A DNA stretch of 64,000 nt from Candidatus Latescibacterota bacterium (GCA_965217865.1 CBDCJO010000002.1:4192001-4256000); one strand, 5' to 3'; positions 20,976 to 32,672 are shown, counted from the first letter of the stretch. Numbers and translations are program-made. Notes: generated by a model from the letters alone, not told the origin.

Positions 20976-21773
20976 GTGGATATTCCAGATCTTCCTGATC
21001 CACTGTATCCTCATCTCGTGGGCTACACATCAGATGGTGAGAACCTGAAAACAGGGTCTTGCGCAGACGTCTTCCATTTCGTTCACCCAACGAAGCAGGG
21101 GTTGTTTCTCAAAATCAGGGATTTGGGGATTGCTCCGAATGAGTGTACTCTTGGCGCGGAGAAGGCCGCGATGTCGTGGTTGAAGGGAAAGCTGAGTGTG
21201 CCTCGCATTGTTTGTTTTCACAACGAAAGAGACACCGAGTACCTCCTTATGACTCAGGTGCATGGCGTTTCTGGAGTCCACGAAGAGTCGTTGAATAATG
21301 GAGCTAATCTCATGCGTGAATTCGCGTTGGGCATGCGTGAGATCCACTCGCTGGGATTCGAGTCGTGTCCATTGGACTGGCGCCTGGAAAACCTTCTTGT
21401 ATGGGCTCAAGATCTGATTGAGACTCTAACAGAGGCCGAAATCCCGAATCGAAAGACAAGGAATTCTCTCAAGCTCGAGCTGCAGGAGCTCAGGGACCGG
21501 CAGCCGTGTCAGGAGGATTTGGTATTTACTCACGGCGACTATTGTCTGCCTAATATTCTGCTGCGCGACGGACGTTTGAGCGGATTTGTCGATTGGGGAT
21601 ATGCTGGAGTCGGTGACCGATACCTGGATATCGTCGAAGCACGAAACACTATTCACCAGAATCTTGGCGCGGATTGGGTGCCGTTGTTTCTCCAGGAGTA
21701 CGGTCTTCAAGAGCTGGACAAGGAGAAAATGGACTATTATCAAAGGGTTTTCGATCTCTTCGAGGTAGCGTAG
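20976..21773 (+). CDS. APH(3')-like aminoglycoside phosphotransferase family kinase
   Basis: LFLK, DLVFTHGDYCLPNIL, GFVDWGYAGVGDRYLD. Confidence 0.85.
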   Translation: MDIPDLPDPLYPHLVGYTSDGENLKTGSCADVFHFVHPTKQGLFLKIRDLGIAPNECTLGAEKAAMSWLKGKLSVPRIVCFHNERDTEYLLMTQVHGVSGVHEESLNNGANLMREFALGMREIHSLGFESCPLDWRLENLLVWAQDLIETLTEAEIPNRKTRNSLKLELQELRDRQPCQEDLVFTHGDYCLPNILLRDGRLSGFVDWGYAGVGDRYLDIVEARNTIHQNLGADWVPLFLQEYGLQELDKEKMDYYQRVFDLFEVA

Positions 21774-21789
21774 AGTAGGAGGACAATCA

Positions 21790-22524
21790 ATGACCCCGAT
21801 TGACCAGGCACGTGAAGCGATTAAACAAAGTGATGTTGACAAGCTCAAGGCGTTGATCGAATCGCATCCCGACCTGCCCAATCAGAGGTCCGAGGACAAC
21901 GACCGAACCCTGCTGCAATCTATTGCGGATTATCCCGGAAACAGACCGAGGGGCGTCGAGATGGCGAGGTTGGTCATCGACGCGGGCGCTAACGTGAACG
22001 TCGGTATTGAAAGTGGGAATGAGACCCCTTTGCACTGGGCGGCAGGCAATGACGACCTCGAATTGACCGAACTACTGCTCGATGCAGGCGCAGAGATCGA
22101 TGTCTACGGCGGTGTGATTGAAAACGGAACGCCGCTCTGGGGTGCGGTCTTTTTTCGCTGCGTGAACGTCGCCAACTTGCTGATCGACCGTGGCGGGGCT
22201 GTAAATCTCATGATCATTGCCGGAGCTGGAAGAAGAGACCTCGTCGACCAGTTCTTCGACGATGAGGGAAATGTAACCGAAAGTGCAGGTGCACTGCCAT
22301 GTTGGGACAAGCCGAAGCCGCCAAAGAGAGCGCTGAACAGTGCGTTCGGTCTCGCGTGTCGAAACGGCCACGTCACCCTTGCGAAAATCCTCCTTGAGCG
22401 CGGAGCCGATCCGGAATGGGTGAACTCGGGAGGGGAAACTGCTTTGCAGCAGGCGAAGAGTGGCAATCACAAGATCGTTGTGGACTGGTTGAAGGAGCGT
22501 GGCATCGCGTCCTCCGATACTTGA
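21790..22524 (+). CDS. Ankyrin-repeat protein
   Basis: ETPLHWAA...LLLDAGA, GTPLWGA, ETALQQA repeats. Confidence 0.88.
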   Translation: MTPIDQAREAIKQSDVDKLKALIESHPDLPNQRSEDNDRTLLQSIADYPGNRPRGVEMARLVIDAGANVNVGIESGNETPLHWAAGNDDLELTELLLDAGAEIDVYGGVIENGTPLWGAVFFRCVNVANLLIDRGGAVNLMIIAGAGRRDLVDQFFDDEGNVTESAGALPCWDKPKPPKRALNSAFGLACRNGHVTLAKILLERGADPEWVNSGGETALQQAKSGNHKIVVDWLKERGIASSDT

Positions 22525-22602
22525 GTCTGCGGCTAACATCAATAGGCGAAGAACAGGAGCCAACGAACAGGGTTTCGAGGTCTTAAAAAGAAAGGAACAG
22601 AA

Positions 22603-23504
22603 ATGGTCCCTATGATCAGCAGTATATGCAAAGGCAGCCTCGGCGTCTGTCAGCTTCCCCGAACCTGGTGGAAAACGTTGACACGTGCCGTAAACCTCCT
22701 CGATTCGGCTTATCCGGATAACAGTGGAGGACTGGACACCTGGTGCCTCCAGGCAATCGAGTTGGACATCGATGAGACATACGACTATCTCCGTTCCGAA
22801 CTCCCCGACTATGTGACCTTCGAACGTTGGATACTCGACAGGAAAAACAATCAATTACCGGCTGCCCGAGTTGAACGATTCAACGAAATTGTAAAATATC
22901 GGCGTCACATTCGCCCACACAAGATCACGGAAACGTACGCGGATATCGGGTTTGACCCAGACGTGGACACCTATACCTCGGCCCTGCTTCTCAACACGCT
23001 GCAGGACTGGCATCTTTTTCACGCCAATGACTATAACTCGGACCAGCACGACATCCCTGCCAATATCTCCCCTCTCGTCAGCAGTATCGAGCAGGTCCGC
23101 TCGATGTCATGCAGCTTCCACGCACCTGGTACAAGGTCATTCTCGAAGCGAAGGGATTGCTCAACAGCGACTATCCTGCCTGCGGCGGCGGCTTGGATCA
23201 AAAAGTTCTTGACGCGCTTGGTCTCGACCGCGAAGAGACCCTTGCTTTTATCCGCGATAACCGACCCACGTACATGGAATTCGAGTTTTGGGTAATCGAC
23301 CGGATCAAAGAAGTCGATCGCGCAAAGGTCGATGCTTTTCAGACCCTCATGCTCAACCGTGAACACGCTGAACCCAAACGCACGGATATCCACGAATTGA
23401 CAGGCTGCGACCGATCAATCAGCAGCGGAGTATTACTGAATCACCTTGAAGATTGGCGATATGCGTACGACGTCACCATCGTACCGCACAAACCCCGACG
23501 ATGA
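22603..23504 (+). pseudogene. Tandem-domain DUF5069-like protein, frameshifted near 23090
   Basis: Two homologous halves: PMISSICKGSLGVCQLPRTWWK...YPDNSGGLD...LLNTLQDW and PLVSSIE(AGPLDVM)QLPRTWYK...YPACGGGLD...LLNHLEDW. Confidence 0.65.
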
Positions 23505-23693
23505 ATTCTCAAAGTGAAAAATGAACCAAAGGATCAGTCAATGGCTATAGTAGGGCAATCTATGAAGGCAATTGTATATCACAAATTTCCTTCAAACCCT
23601 TATCTTTCAAGCTGACACGGCCACTTCTGCCACCCTTGAAGGTTATGCAAAACTTGCCAAAAGTCACATTCCGCCAAAAAAGGGGGAAGATAA

Positions 23694-24122
23694 ATGTCTC
23701 TTCACAAAGCGATTATAGAAGGGGATCAGGAGGCCATACGAGAGATCCTAGATCGTGAGCCAGCAGCTTCTAATGAGGTTAGCCCCGCCGGAGGGTTTAC
23801 AGGTGTAGCGCCGCTCCATCTCGCTGTGAAATACCGCCAACTGAATACAGTGGCCTTGCTAGTCGAAAAAGGGGCTGATCTCGAAATGAAGGATTTTGAA
23901 CATAATGCCTCACCTTTGGGATGGGCAGCCTTCTATGGAAATGCAGAAATGGCCCGCTATCTCATCGAACTAGGAGCGGACGTGAATCATGAGTGTGATC
24001 CCATCCATATCGCTGTCCACGGTCGTGATGGCGAGTGGCGTGAGTTTACCTCAACGACTCCGGAAGATTATCAAGCCGTTATCGATGTCCTTAAAGCGCA
24101 TGGGGCCAGCGACCCCCATTGA
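23694..24122 (+). CDS. Ankyrin-repeat protein
   Basis: APLHLAV...LLVEKGADL, SPLGWAA...LIELGADVN. Confidence 0.88.
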   Translation: MSLHKAIIEGDQEAIREILDREPAASNEVSPAGGFTGVAPLHLAVKYRQLNTVALLVEKGADLEMKDFEHNASPLGWAAFYGNAEMARYLIELGADVNHECDPIHIAVHGRDGEWREFTSTTPEDYQAVIDVLKAHGASDPH

Positions 24123-24206
24123 CGGAGGAGGGCCTACCTCGATAGACGATAATTTTATCCGACATTTTGTCCCTATCTTTAATACTATCTTTTCTCAGTT
24201 ACAAAC

Positions 24207-26528
24207 GTGACTAATCAAATACCAAAGGAAGTAGCAAAACTACTAGATCGACTGGCAATAGGCTGTCAGAAAATCTTAAGTGATACATTTGTTGGTTTTT
24301 ACGTTCACGGTTCATTAACCATGGGATGTTTCAACTTTGAACAAAGTGACATTGATTTCTTAGTCGTCGTAAACGAACCTTTAGATAGGCAAACCAAGAA
24401 AGCATTAGCGGATATGTTGATTCAATTATCTGATGAGGCACCCCCTAAAGGATTTGAAATGAGTATTGTTCTGGAAAAGAACATGCAAAACTTCATTTAT
24501 CCAACGCCATTCGAATTACACTTTGGAGATAATCACATAGAGAAATATAAAGCTGATCCAAATTATTTATGTGAGAATGGAGAAGATCCGGACCTATCAG
24601 CCCGTTGAAGAACTACCTTTCAACGCACATAAACGGAAAAGACGCCTGGAGTGCGGGTCAGATAAATCAAGGTAAGGAGATTGAGCAGGAGACGCTGATA
24701 AGAGGTTAAAAAGGTGACCGAGGGCAGCAAACGTGATTGTAGGACGAGCAGTAGACGCTGCAAGGCCTTGGCCAGGTCCTGGAGGGCCTTCGGAGTACCT
24801 ACGCCCATCACTTTGCGCATGAGCAGAGCCAGGTTGCAGCCCCCGATGTGGATCAGCAAACGCTTGAGGATATTGCCGCGGTCTCTCAAGTGCAACCTGC
24901 GCATGCCACCGGTATCATATGTGTGAGCGATGGTTCTTTCCACCCGTTCTGCACGACTTCGGCGCAAGGCCTTGCCGCGATCTCCCTTGATCCGGCGTCG
25001 ATTCGCATATACCGCGGCCTGCTCATCTCGTCGGCCGTTCCACTTGCGGCGTCCCCGATCCGGTTCTGAAATGTAACTCCGGATGCCGCCTTGCTTCAGA
25101 CTGGTCAATACATCGTTGCTATGATATCCTTTGTCCGCAACCACCTCCCGTATACGCTGTCTGTGCAAACGTTTGGCAGCTTTTTCGTCCTTCGCGACCT
25201 GCTTGAGATTGAGCTGCGCCTCGAGCAGCGTCCAGGGCAACGACCCGGTATCTCCTTCATCTGCTCCCGACAACGCCACTGCCACAATGGCATTGGTGTC
25301 CAGATCCACCGCGTGCTCCACCTTGTGCGCCATGTGCGTGCGACCGTCCTTCATCTTAGCGATCTTGGCATCCGGGTCGTGCGGGTGCTCCCAGTCCTGG
25401 TTCGATCCCTTCTTCGGTCGCTTCTTATCGATCTTGGACAAGTCCTCGCGGGTAGGCGTTTCAATGCCCGAGGCCTTGGCCAGATTCTCAAGGAATGCCT
25501 GGTAGCCTTCACCCGTGTCACGGCGTACAATGCTGCGCATCGCGGCGTTGGCCTCCAGTGTCGTAGCATCCACGCCCAACGTCTTCCCCTTCACCAGACC
25601 CGCTTTGCACAAGACCCTCAGGATCCACTTGAAAACCGCTTCGTGAACTTCCAAGGGAAGCCGATGCCGGATGCGAGACAGGCTGGAATGATCCGGGGTC
25701 TGTTCGTCAAGGGCATACCCCAAAAACCGGCGCAACGTCAGCGAGTCAGATACACGCCATTCGATCCCACGTTCCGAATCAAGTCCCTCGAAATACCCAA
25801 TCAAAAGCATCCGAAAATAAACCCCGGGCGGAATGCCCTTGCGACCCATATGAGGAGCGTAATACCGCTGGCAAAGCCCCTCGACGAACTCGTCGAAGCC
25901 GTTCGCCCCCAATACCTGATTCAGCTTCTCGTAGAACGGATGACCCGGAGATTTCACCAAAGTGTTCGATGCGATGAACAGGTTTTCCTGTCTCTGTCGT
26001 CCTCGTTTTCCCATTGCCATTTGCTCGTCCTCCCTTCTCAGTTTGAACCTGATATATCATAGGACCAAACCACAAGGAAAGACAATAGTCATCTTGGCAT
26101 AAACGCACTTTTTCAACAGGCTGCTAGCCGCACACGCAATGATTACAAAAGAACGTGGGTTGTGCCTTCTTAGTAAACCCATCAGTGAAGTATTTTTCAA
26201 TATTCCGAAAAAATACTATTTGAATTCTATTATTCACGACTCTAGATGGAGTTTTGATAACATCTCCAAAGGTCCAGATTCTGGAACATGTTCTGTACCA
26301 ATGTATGGCGTATTGAATTTTTGCAGAGCACTTGCATTCACTAATAATGGACTAATTACATCAAAACATGAAGGTGGACAATGGGGACTGAAAAATCTTC
26401 CAAAAGAATACTCAGAACTCATCCAACAGGCCTTAAACAAATATTCAGGTGGTAAAAATGCTCAAGAAGTAGAAGCGTCTACACTTAAGAAGTTTGCTAT
26501 TTATGCTATTAATAGATTAGGATCATAA
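24207..26528 (+). pseudogene. Aminoglycoside adenylyltransferase-like nucleotidyltransferase (DUF4111/AadA_C type) interrupted by IS
   Basis: YVHGSLTMG...SDIDFLVV; removing the IS restores GEDPDL|AAHAMITKERG; YGVLNFCR, SKHEGGQW. Confidence 0.85.
24598..26123 (-). mobile_element. IS1182/IS5-like insertion sequence, copy 2
   Basis: Same IRs and length as copy 1; transposase 24620-26020 differs at two residues; CTA duplicated. Confidence 0.92.
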
Positions 26529-26586
26529 TCCCAGAGAAAATGATGCTTCGGATTACGACTATCTGACGAACATTTGAGAGGCCCGG

Positions 26587-27135
26587 ATGGCATTCGACTT
26601 CAAGGAATTCCCAACACTCGAGACGGACAGGTTGATTCTGCGAGAGTTAACCCAGGACGATGCGCAGGATTTCTTCGACATTTGGACCGACCCTGCGATT
26701 GAGGATGGCTTCGACGCAACAGGATTCAAGAATCTAGAAGGCGCACGCAAGCACCTTCAAGTCAAAAGCAATGCTTTCAAGAGGAAACAGCTCCTCACGT
26801 GGGGTATCGAGTCAAAAGACAGTTCACGTCTTATGGGCGCCTGTTTATACGGTAATTTCGCCCGACGAACAAAGGCGGATATATCCTACTACCTTCTGAG
26901 CGAATTCTGCGGACAGGGTATTATTTCCGAGGCCCTCGAACCGGTTGTCGAATTCGGCCTGGAAGAAATGGGATTGCACAGAATACAAGCCCTCATAAGT
27001 CCGGACAATGTGGCTTCTATTCGTGTGATCGAAAAGCTCGGATTTCACAGGGAAGGCTGTCTAAGGAGGTTCCACTACTCACAGCAGCGTGACTGGGTCG
27101 ACAAGATCTCTTATTCACTTCTCTCAACCGATTAA
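26587..27135 (+). CDS. GNAT acetyltransferase (RimJ type)
   Basis: FPTLETDRLILREL, GQGIISEAL, NVASIRVIEKLGF. Confidence 0.88.
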   Translation: MAFDFKEFPTLETDRLILRELTQDDAQDFFDIWTDPAIEDGFDATGFKNLEGARKHLQVKSNAFKRKQLLTWGIESKDSSRLMGACLYGNFARRTKADISYYLLSEFCGQGIISEALEPVVEFGLEEMGLHRIQALISPDNVASIRVIEKLGFHREGCLRRFHYSQQRDWVDKISYSLLSTD

Positions 27136-27296
27136 TCGTCGCCCGATCAAACCTTCACCCTTTTTCTTAGGGATGTGAGTTGCGAGCAAGCGAGCAACGG
27201 TTGGGTGGTAGCAAGAAAAAGGGCGACCTTGGGGGGTGGGGTTGGAAGCAAACAATGAATTGGGGGTCACTTGCGGTTCATAGAGTGAAAGGCAAT

Positions 27297-27935
27297 ATGA
27301 AGAAAGTAGAAAACCACTTTTCAAAACCCTCCTCAGTGGATGAGATGGATAAAAAGCTGGCGCGGGGCATGAGGGAGTGGGAGGAAGACGTCATTCAGAA
27401 GCGTTTCCCTCAAACGGGCAGGATTTTGGATGTTGGCTGTGGCTGTGGTCGAGAGGCCATCCATTTGGCAAAGAAAGGCTACGATGTTGTTGCAGTGGAT
27501 GTTTCGGAGCCTCAGATAGATCGTGCCAGAGAGAATTCCAGGAAGATGAACGTCAAGATCGCATTCGAAAAAACAGATGGGCTGAATTTACCACCTGGAG
27601 ACTTTGATGTCATTATCTTATGGGCACAGGTTCTTGGCAACATCGAAGCCTAACAGGATCAACTGACACTTTTAAGCAATTGCAGGAAGTCACTCACGGA
27701 TTCCGGTCTGATTTCAGGTTCAGGCCACGAGAAGGCGTTTTGCCAAAAGGATTCTCCTGAATATACGGACGAGAATTGGCTTTACCCCTGGGGAAGAGGG
27801 AACTTGAAATATCATCTTTTCACCAAAGAGACTTTGGAGGAATTGTTTGTCCAATCGGAGTTTCACATACTCGATACAGAAGTTCCAACCTCATTGCCGG
27901 CAATTATTCATACTGCTGCTCGAAAAATCACGTAA
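27297..27935 (+). pseudogene. Class I SAM-dependent methyltransferase with an internal TAA at 27651-27653
   Basis: ILDVGCGCGREA; the same frame stays open after the stop to 27935. Confidence 0.75.
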
Positions 27936-28087
27936 TCTTCGAATAACGCAGAACTCATCGTTTGCATCCCTGACACGCTCGTTCATCTAAAGTCGAAAAC
28001 AAAAGTTCTTTCGCTTTTCAATGAAGTGATGGATTCTTTGGACGAAACCGGTAGATTTATCATCCCGTTATTGCCGACAAGAAGAAT

Positions 28088-28133
28088 ACCTAACAAAGCA
28101 AATACACACGGCCGGTGATTTGCAGCGTTAGGT
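28088..28133 (+). other. Short attC-like site (plus strand)
   Basis: ACCTAAC-aaagcaaat...atttgcagc-GTTAGGT, perfectly complementary cores; 46 bp, shorter than typical attC. Confidence 0.55.
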
Positions 28134-28309
28134 TGAATGGTAGCAATGAAATGAACGACAGTAGCTCACGCCGCTTCTTTTTGCAGGAAATCTAAGACAT
28201 TACCCACTGGAATTGTCTTTCCCTCTCCCGGGCCAAGTACCATATTTCCATCGTCAGTAGACATGGTTTGTTCTCCTTTCTTAATGGCCTAAATGGAACA
28301 CTTCTCGCA

Positions 28310-28920
28310 TTACCCCAACAGTATTGGGTTTACGGTCAAACCTCCATCAATGATGTATTCAGAACCAGTGATGAACCAGGCATCGTCTGATGCCAAAAAC
28401 GAAACGAGTTTGGCGATTGCCTCTGATGTACCGAACTCCTTTAACGGAACTCTATTTTGCATGGCTGAGGCAAATCCCTGGATTTGCTCATCACTCATTC
28501 CTGTTTTTCCAAAGATTTCAGTGGCAACAGGACCTGGATTCACCGAATTGACTCTAATCTTTCTAGGGGCCAATTCTGTAGATGCCGTACGCGTATATGA
28601 GTTTAACGCTGCTTTACTGGCGGCATACGCTGCCGTATTGGCCATACCGGTATAGGCGTTGATCGATGAAAGGTTGACTATCGAGGCACCATCGCTCAGA
28701 ACGGGCAGAAATTTCTCTATGGTAAATACTGCACCTTTGAAATTAATGTTCATGATGGTGTCGAACGTAGTGTCATCAATTGATCCTACAGGGGTAGGGT
28801 AGAAGACACCCACATTAACAAATAATATGTCAACTTTGCCGTACGTGTTTTTTACCTCAGCAACCAGGTTATCTGTGTGCTCGAGGTTCCCCTGGTCAGC
28901 CACAATTCCCTTCACCCCTA
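28310..28920 (-). pseudogene. Short-chain dehydrogenase/reductase, 5'-truncated at IS copy 3
   Basis: YAASKAA, RVNSVNPGPVAT, ITGSEYIIDGG; the TGxxxGIG N-terminus is missing. Confidence 0.85.
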
Positions 28921-28921
28921 T

Positions 28922-30447
28922 CAGCCTGTTGAAAAAGTGCATTTATGCCAAGATGACTGTTGTCTTTCCTTGTGGTTTGGTCCTATGATATATCAGGTTC
29001 AAACTGAGAAGGGAGGACGAGCAAATGGCAATGGGAAAACGAGGACGACAGAGACAGGAAAACCTGTTCATCGCATCGAACACTTTGGTGAAATCTCCGG
29101 GTCATCCGTTCTACGAGAAGCTGAATCAGGTATTGGGGGCGAACGGCTTCGACGAGTTCGTCGAGGGGCTTTGCCAGCGGTATTACGCTCCTCATATGGG
29201 TCGCAAGGGCATTCCGCCCGGGGTTTATTTTCGGATGCTTTTGATTGGGTATTTCGAGGGACTTGATTCGGAACGTGGGATCGAATGGCGTGTATCTGAC
29301 TCGCTGACGTTGCGCCGGTTTTTGGGGTATGCCCTTGACGAACAGACCCCGGATCATTCCAGCCTGTCTCGCATCCGGCATCGGCTTCCCTTGGAAGTTC
29401 ACGAAGCGGTTTTCAAGTGGATCCTGAGGGTCTTGTGCAAAGCGGGTCTGGTGAAGGGGAAGACGTTGGGCGTGGATGCTACGACACTGGAGGCCAACGC
29501 CGCGATGCGCAGCATTGTACGCCGTGACACGGGTGAAGGCTACCAGGCATTCCTTGAGAATCTGGCCAAGGCCTCGGGCATTGAAACGCCTACCCGCGAG
29601 GACTTGTCCAAGATCGATAAGAAGCGACCGAAGAAGGGATCGAACCAGGACTGGGAGCACCCGCACGACCCGGATGCCAAGATCGCTAAGATGAAGGACG
29701 GTCGCACGCACATGGCGCACAAGGTGGAGCACGCGGTGGATCTGGACACCAATGCCATTGTGGCAGTGGCGTTGTCGGGAGCAGATGAAGGAGATACCGA
29801 GTCGTTGCCCTGGACGCTGCTCGAGGCGCCGCTCAATCTCAAGCAGGTCGCGAAGGACGAAAAAGCTGCCAAACGTTTGCACAGACAGCGTATACGGGAG
29901 GTGGTTGCGGACAAAGGATATCATAGCAACGATGTATTGACCAGTCTGAAGCAAGGCGGCATCCGGAGTTACATTTCAGAACCGGATCGGGGACGCCGCA
30001 AGTGGAACGGCCGACGAGATGAGCAGGCCGCGGTATATGCGAATCGACGCCGGATCAAGGGAGATCGCGGCAAGGCCTTGCGCCGAAGTCGTGCAGAACG
30101 GGTGGAAAGAACCATCGCTCACACATATGATACCGGTGGCATGCGCAGGTTGCACTTGAGAGACCGCGGCAATATCCTCAAGCGTTTGCTGATCCACATC
30201 GGGGGCTGCAACCTGGCTCTGCTCATGCGCAAAGTGATGGGCGTAGGTACTCCGAAGGCCCTCCAGGACCTGGCCAAGGCCTTGCAGCGTCTACTGCTCG
30301 TCCTACAATCACGTTTGCTGCCCTCGGTCACCTTTTTAACCTCTTATCAGCGTCTCCTGCTCAATCTCCTTACCTTGATTTATCTGACCCGCACTCCAGG
30401 CGTCTTTTCCGTTTATGTGCGTTGAAAGGTAGTTCTTCAACGGGCTG
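28922..30447 (+). mobile_element. IS1182/IS5-like insertion sequence, copy 3
   Basis: Transposase 29025-30425 translates identically to copy 1; same IRs. Confidence 0.92.
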
Positions 30448-30461
30448 ATAGCCCAACATCG

Positions 30462-31235
30462 TTAGTCGTCGTTCCGCACGAAGCAATATGTTTGTCCGAT
30501 ATCTCGAAATCCTAGCCGCCGGTATAGGTGTTGGGGCCAGTCGTCGGCCTCGGTGAGAAGAAAAATGAAATCACATCCTTGCTTTCGAGCATGGTCAGTC
30601 GCTGTATTGATGACGGCGGTCCCATAACCTCGTCCCTCAAAAAGAGGATCAGTCGTTATCTCGTCAATTTGCGCCGTCGCCCCCCTCCGGTATAACACAC
30701 AGCGGGATACGAAAGCATCATCTATTCGAACGGCAGAATACGCAAGTTCGCAGCACTGTTGGTACGTTATCGCACGATCCGTGAGGCGCCGAGCGCCCTC
30801 TTCAGATTTGCCCATGTGTCGCCAAAACCCTTCGATACCCGGCCTGGCCTCATCGAAAGTCACAATTTCTGCCTCAATACCTGGCTGCCGCGTTGGTGCG
30901 TCAATTAAGGCCATGTACAAGTCCGATGATAGCTCATAGTTATCCTCTTGCAAAGCAGGTGCCAAAGCGTCAACCAGACTTTTGTCGTCAATTGAGATGA
31001 CACGAAACGCTACTCCGACTTCATCGAATACGCGATCGAGTTGTAAAAGCAAGTCCCCCGGCGGCACGTCGTGATCGACACGTGCGAAATTATGAGAGAG
31101 CGCATTGAGATGGTCGGTGTTCAGAACGATGCTTCCAAATTGAGTCTTCACAATTTCAGTGGCGGCTCCGTCCAATAGTGCCCTCTCGTGTTCCAAGGCT
31201 CGCGAAAGCATCTTGTTGGCGGTGCCGTTGGTCAT
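30462..31235 (-). CDS. GNAT acetyltransferase (cassette gene)
   Basis: TDPLFEGRGYGTAV, LYRRLGF; GAGGAGG RBS just after an attC. Confidence 0.85.
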   Translation of the reverse strand: MTNGTANKMLSRALEHERALLDGAATEIVKTQFGSIVLNTDHLNALSHNFARVDHDVPPGDLLLQLDRVFDEVGVAFRVISIDDKSLVDALAPALQEDNYELSSDLYMALIDAPTRQPGIEAEIVTFDEARPGIEGFWRHMGKSEEGARRLTDRAITYQQCCELAYSAVRIDDAFVSRCVLYRRGATAQIDEITTDPLFEGRGYGTAVINTATDHARKQGCDFIFLLTEADDWPQHLYRRLGFRDIGQTYCFVRNDD

Positions 31236-31519
31236 CTATATCCCCTCCTCATATGTCAGTTAACGTTTGGCACCCCCGAACCTGCAGCGGGCGCGGCACT
31301 TGCCCTTAAGGACTTTCACAAAAGCAGCAAGCGCCGTGTCCGCGATAGCAGGTTTGGTCGAGGGCCGTCAGGCCCGAGCTGGGGGTGCCTTGTTACACGA
31401 CGTGGTTGCTGTTAGATGTTTTGTTTCGTTGCGTCCAATCAGTTCGAAGAAGCCCATATACGACTCGATCCTTCCAAACCCCCTCATGAAGCGAATGCAT
31501 TCTTAGATCGCCTTCTTTA

Positions 31520-31763
31520 CTCATTCCACACTACTTGACAGTGCTCTAGAAAGCGTGTGAGCCAACCGCATACTGATGAAGAACAAATGCGCAGACAGCT
31601 CTGGCAGATTGTTTATTGTCACGACGTGCTCATTCGGAATGACGAACATATGCCCCGGATTAGCGGGATGCAGTGCCATCAGTCCGGTAACCAACTCGTC
31701 GGCATAGACAATACTTGCTGGCGCTTCTCGCCGAGCGATTTAGCAGAAGATACATGATTTCAT
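31520..31763 (-). pseudogene. HIT-family protein pseudogene
   Basis: MKSCIFC*IARREAPASIVYADE...HPANPGHMFVIPNEH; early stop, C-terminus lost; end coordinate approximate. Confidence 0.7.
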
Positions 31764-32192
31764 GGCTCTGATATTCCTGTTACGAGAACGACCGCTCTGC
31801 TCATGGTCGTTGGATGAGGAGATTGGCAGGAAGGCGACTATCTGACCGCCCAACCTGCACAAAGCGCTCTCGTCCTTGACCAACTCAGTGCCTCATCTGG
31901 CCACGTTCAATCCCACCATCTCTCCTCCCCACACTTTCTCGAACGGTAACTCGTTATTGAACTCAAGAATGCAGTATATCCTCTTCTATTCTGGAAATAT
32001 GCTGCAAGTGTGTTTGTCCCATCTCGTCCCATGTCATTTAACGTCTTCGCCACTTGCGAACCCGCCACCGGCGGGTTGCCGGAGGCCAAGGCGCGAATGC
32101 GCCGCAGCGCAAGTCGCGCTGTTAGAAGATGTGGTATACCCCCATCTATCCAAACTGTAAATCAAATGAAGACTTTACTACGGTTTATAAGC

Positions 32193-32672
32193 TCACCAAG
32201 AGTCAAGAAAATTCTTACTGCGCTCGTGAAGTCTGGCGCCTTTCGGCGGCATAAGGAATCTGAACCCAGACTTCTCGTGTGTCTGCCATTTGTATGGAGT
32301 ATCGCATCGTGGACACTTGATAGCATTATTCTCCGGTTCGCATCCCCGCATTGTCGCATGGCAGACTTTACAAAACGTCACACAACCGTAGCTATCTATG
32401 TCTCGCGATTGTTTCTCGCCAGAGAAATCGTCATGGACAGTCTTGCAATTCAAGCAGACGAATAGCCCATGTCTATCAGGTTTCCTTCCTTCATATTCAC
32501 GGAAATACCGCAGTATGGCCTCCTGTGCTTCGATGCTGATTTGACGAAAGGATTTCACTTTGGCTTCGCAGAACTGACATGGAAAGCTAATCCACTCCAC
32601 CAGTTTCTTCAGACCAAAAGCAAACACCACCAGTCCCGCGAGGCCAAATCCAATAAGAAGTGCTGGATGCAT
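32193..32672 (-). CDS. Hypothetical membrane-anchored protein with four CxxC pairs (cassette gene)
   Basis: N-terminal TM helix; CQFC, CLNC, CKVC, CPRC. Confidence 0.7.
   Translation of the reverse strand: MHPALLIGFGLAGLVVFAFGLKKLVEWISFPCQFCEAKVKSFRQISIEAQEAILRYFREYEGRKPDRHGLFVCLNCKTVHDDFSGEKQSRDIDSYGCVTFCKVCHATMRGCEPENNAIKCPRCDTPYKWQTHEKSGFRFLMPPKGARLHERSKNFLDSW

Noticed and set aside
27651-27653. Recoded stop (Sec/Pyl) in the methyltransferase
   Set aside because: The codon is TAA, so a nonsense mutation or base error is more likely.
28166-28264. 32-aa minus-strand ORF with a good RBS (MSTDDGNMVLGPGEGKTI...)
   Set aside because: Looks like the leftover start of a deleted gene, possibly a cupin; too short to call.
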